Shown: in pieces, positions 63,881 to 64,000 of the stretch
Numbering within the stretch: position 1 is the stretch's first letter
Layout: every line of letters begins with the position of its first letter
DNA from: Paragordius varius
Lineage: Eukaryota > Animalia > Nematomorpha
Direction: 5' to 3'
Assembly (NCBI GenBank): GCA_964247055.1
Contig: OZ176055.1
Span: forward strand, 7,936,001-8,000,000
Length of the DNA: 64,000 bases
Translations under genes and position numbers: made by a program
The notes under the pieces: generated by a model
Told to the model about the DNA's origin: nothing
The model's database searches: none
Seen by the model: only the letters and a program-made list of their open reading frames with translations

Positions 63881-64000
63881 ATTTCACCTTCTTGAAAGTT
63901 AGCATAATTTTATTCAATGGGTTGCCTCTTCAATAAATTAAGTTTATTTTCAATATCAGACTAAAATCAGAAAAAACTATTCTGAATAAGATAATTTTAC
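60101..64000 (-). CDS. GAF-containing class I cyclic nucleotide phosphodiesterase (PDE5/6/11-like), 5' end beyond the window
   Basis: [14 protein letters not shown]|[73 protein letters not shown] and MMDRDK..IPQGQ. Stop at 60101-60103. Confidence 0.88.

Overview
Very AT-rich eukaryotic (metazoan-like) genomic DNA; no prokaryotic features, CRISPR, rRNA or tRNA seen. Intron sizes are bimodal: many 21-34 nt GT-AG introns coexist with kb-scale, transposon-filled introns. This suggests a reduced animal parasite such as a myxozoan or dicyemid, which is inference only. Genes reconstructed by manual splicing: an atonal-like bHLH factor (-), squalene synthase FDFT1 (+), GGACT (-), SEC61B (-), CPSF2 (+), an RDH12/13-like SDR (-), a cadherin-like type I membrane protein (-), a compact SLX4 (+), ERH (-), a KR-rich secreted precursor (-) and a GAF-type cyclic nucleotide phosphodiesterase (-, running off the window end). 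Mobile DNA includes a self-nested TTAA (piggyBac-type) MITE, a Helitron-like element, a long-TIR Tc1/IS630 element whose transposase carries a 22-nt intron and D30E spacing, a decayed hAT transposase and several MITE families. The most striking feature is the cytoplasmic tail of the cadherin-like protein. It is built from 13 intact phase-0 micro-exons (36-63 nt) encoding about 200 aa of Ala/Tyr/Gly/Ser repeats with 31 tyrosines, largely in two alternating exon classes.
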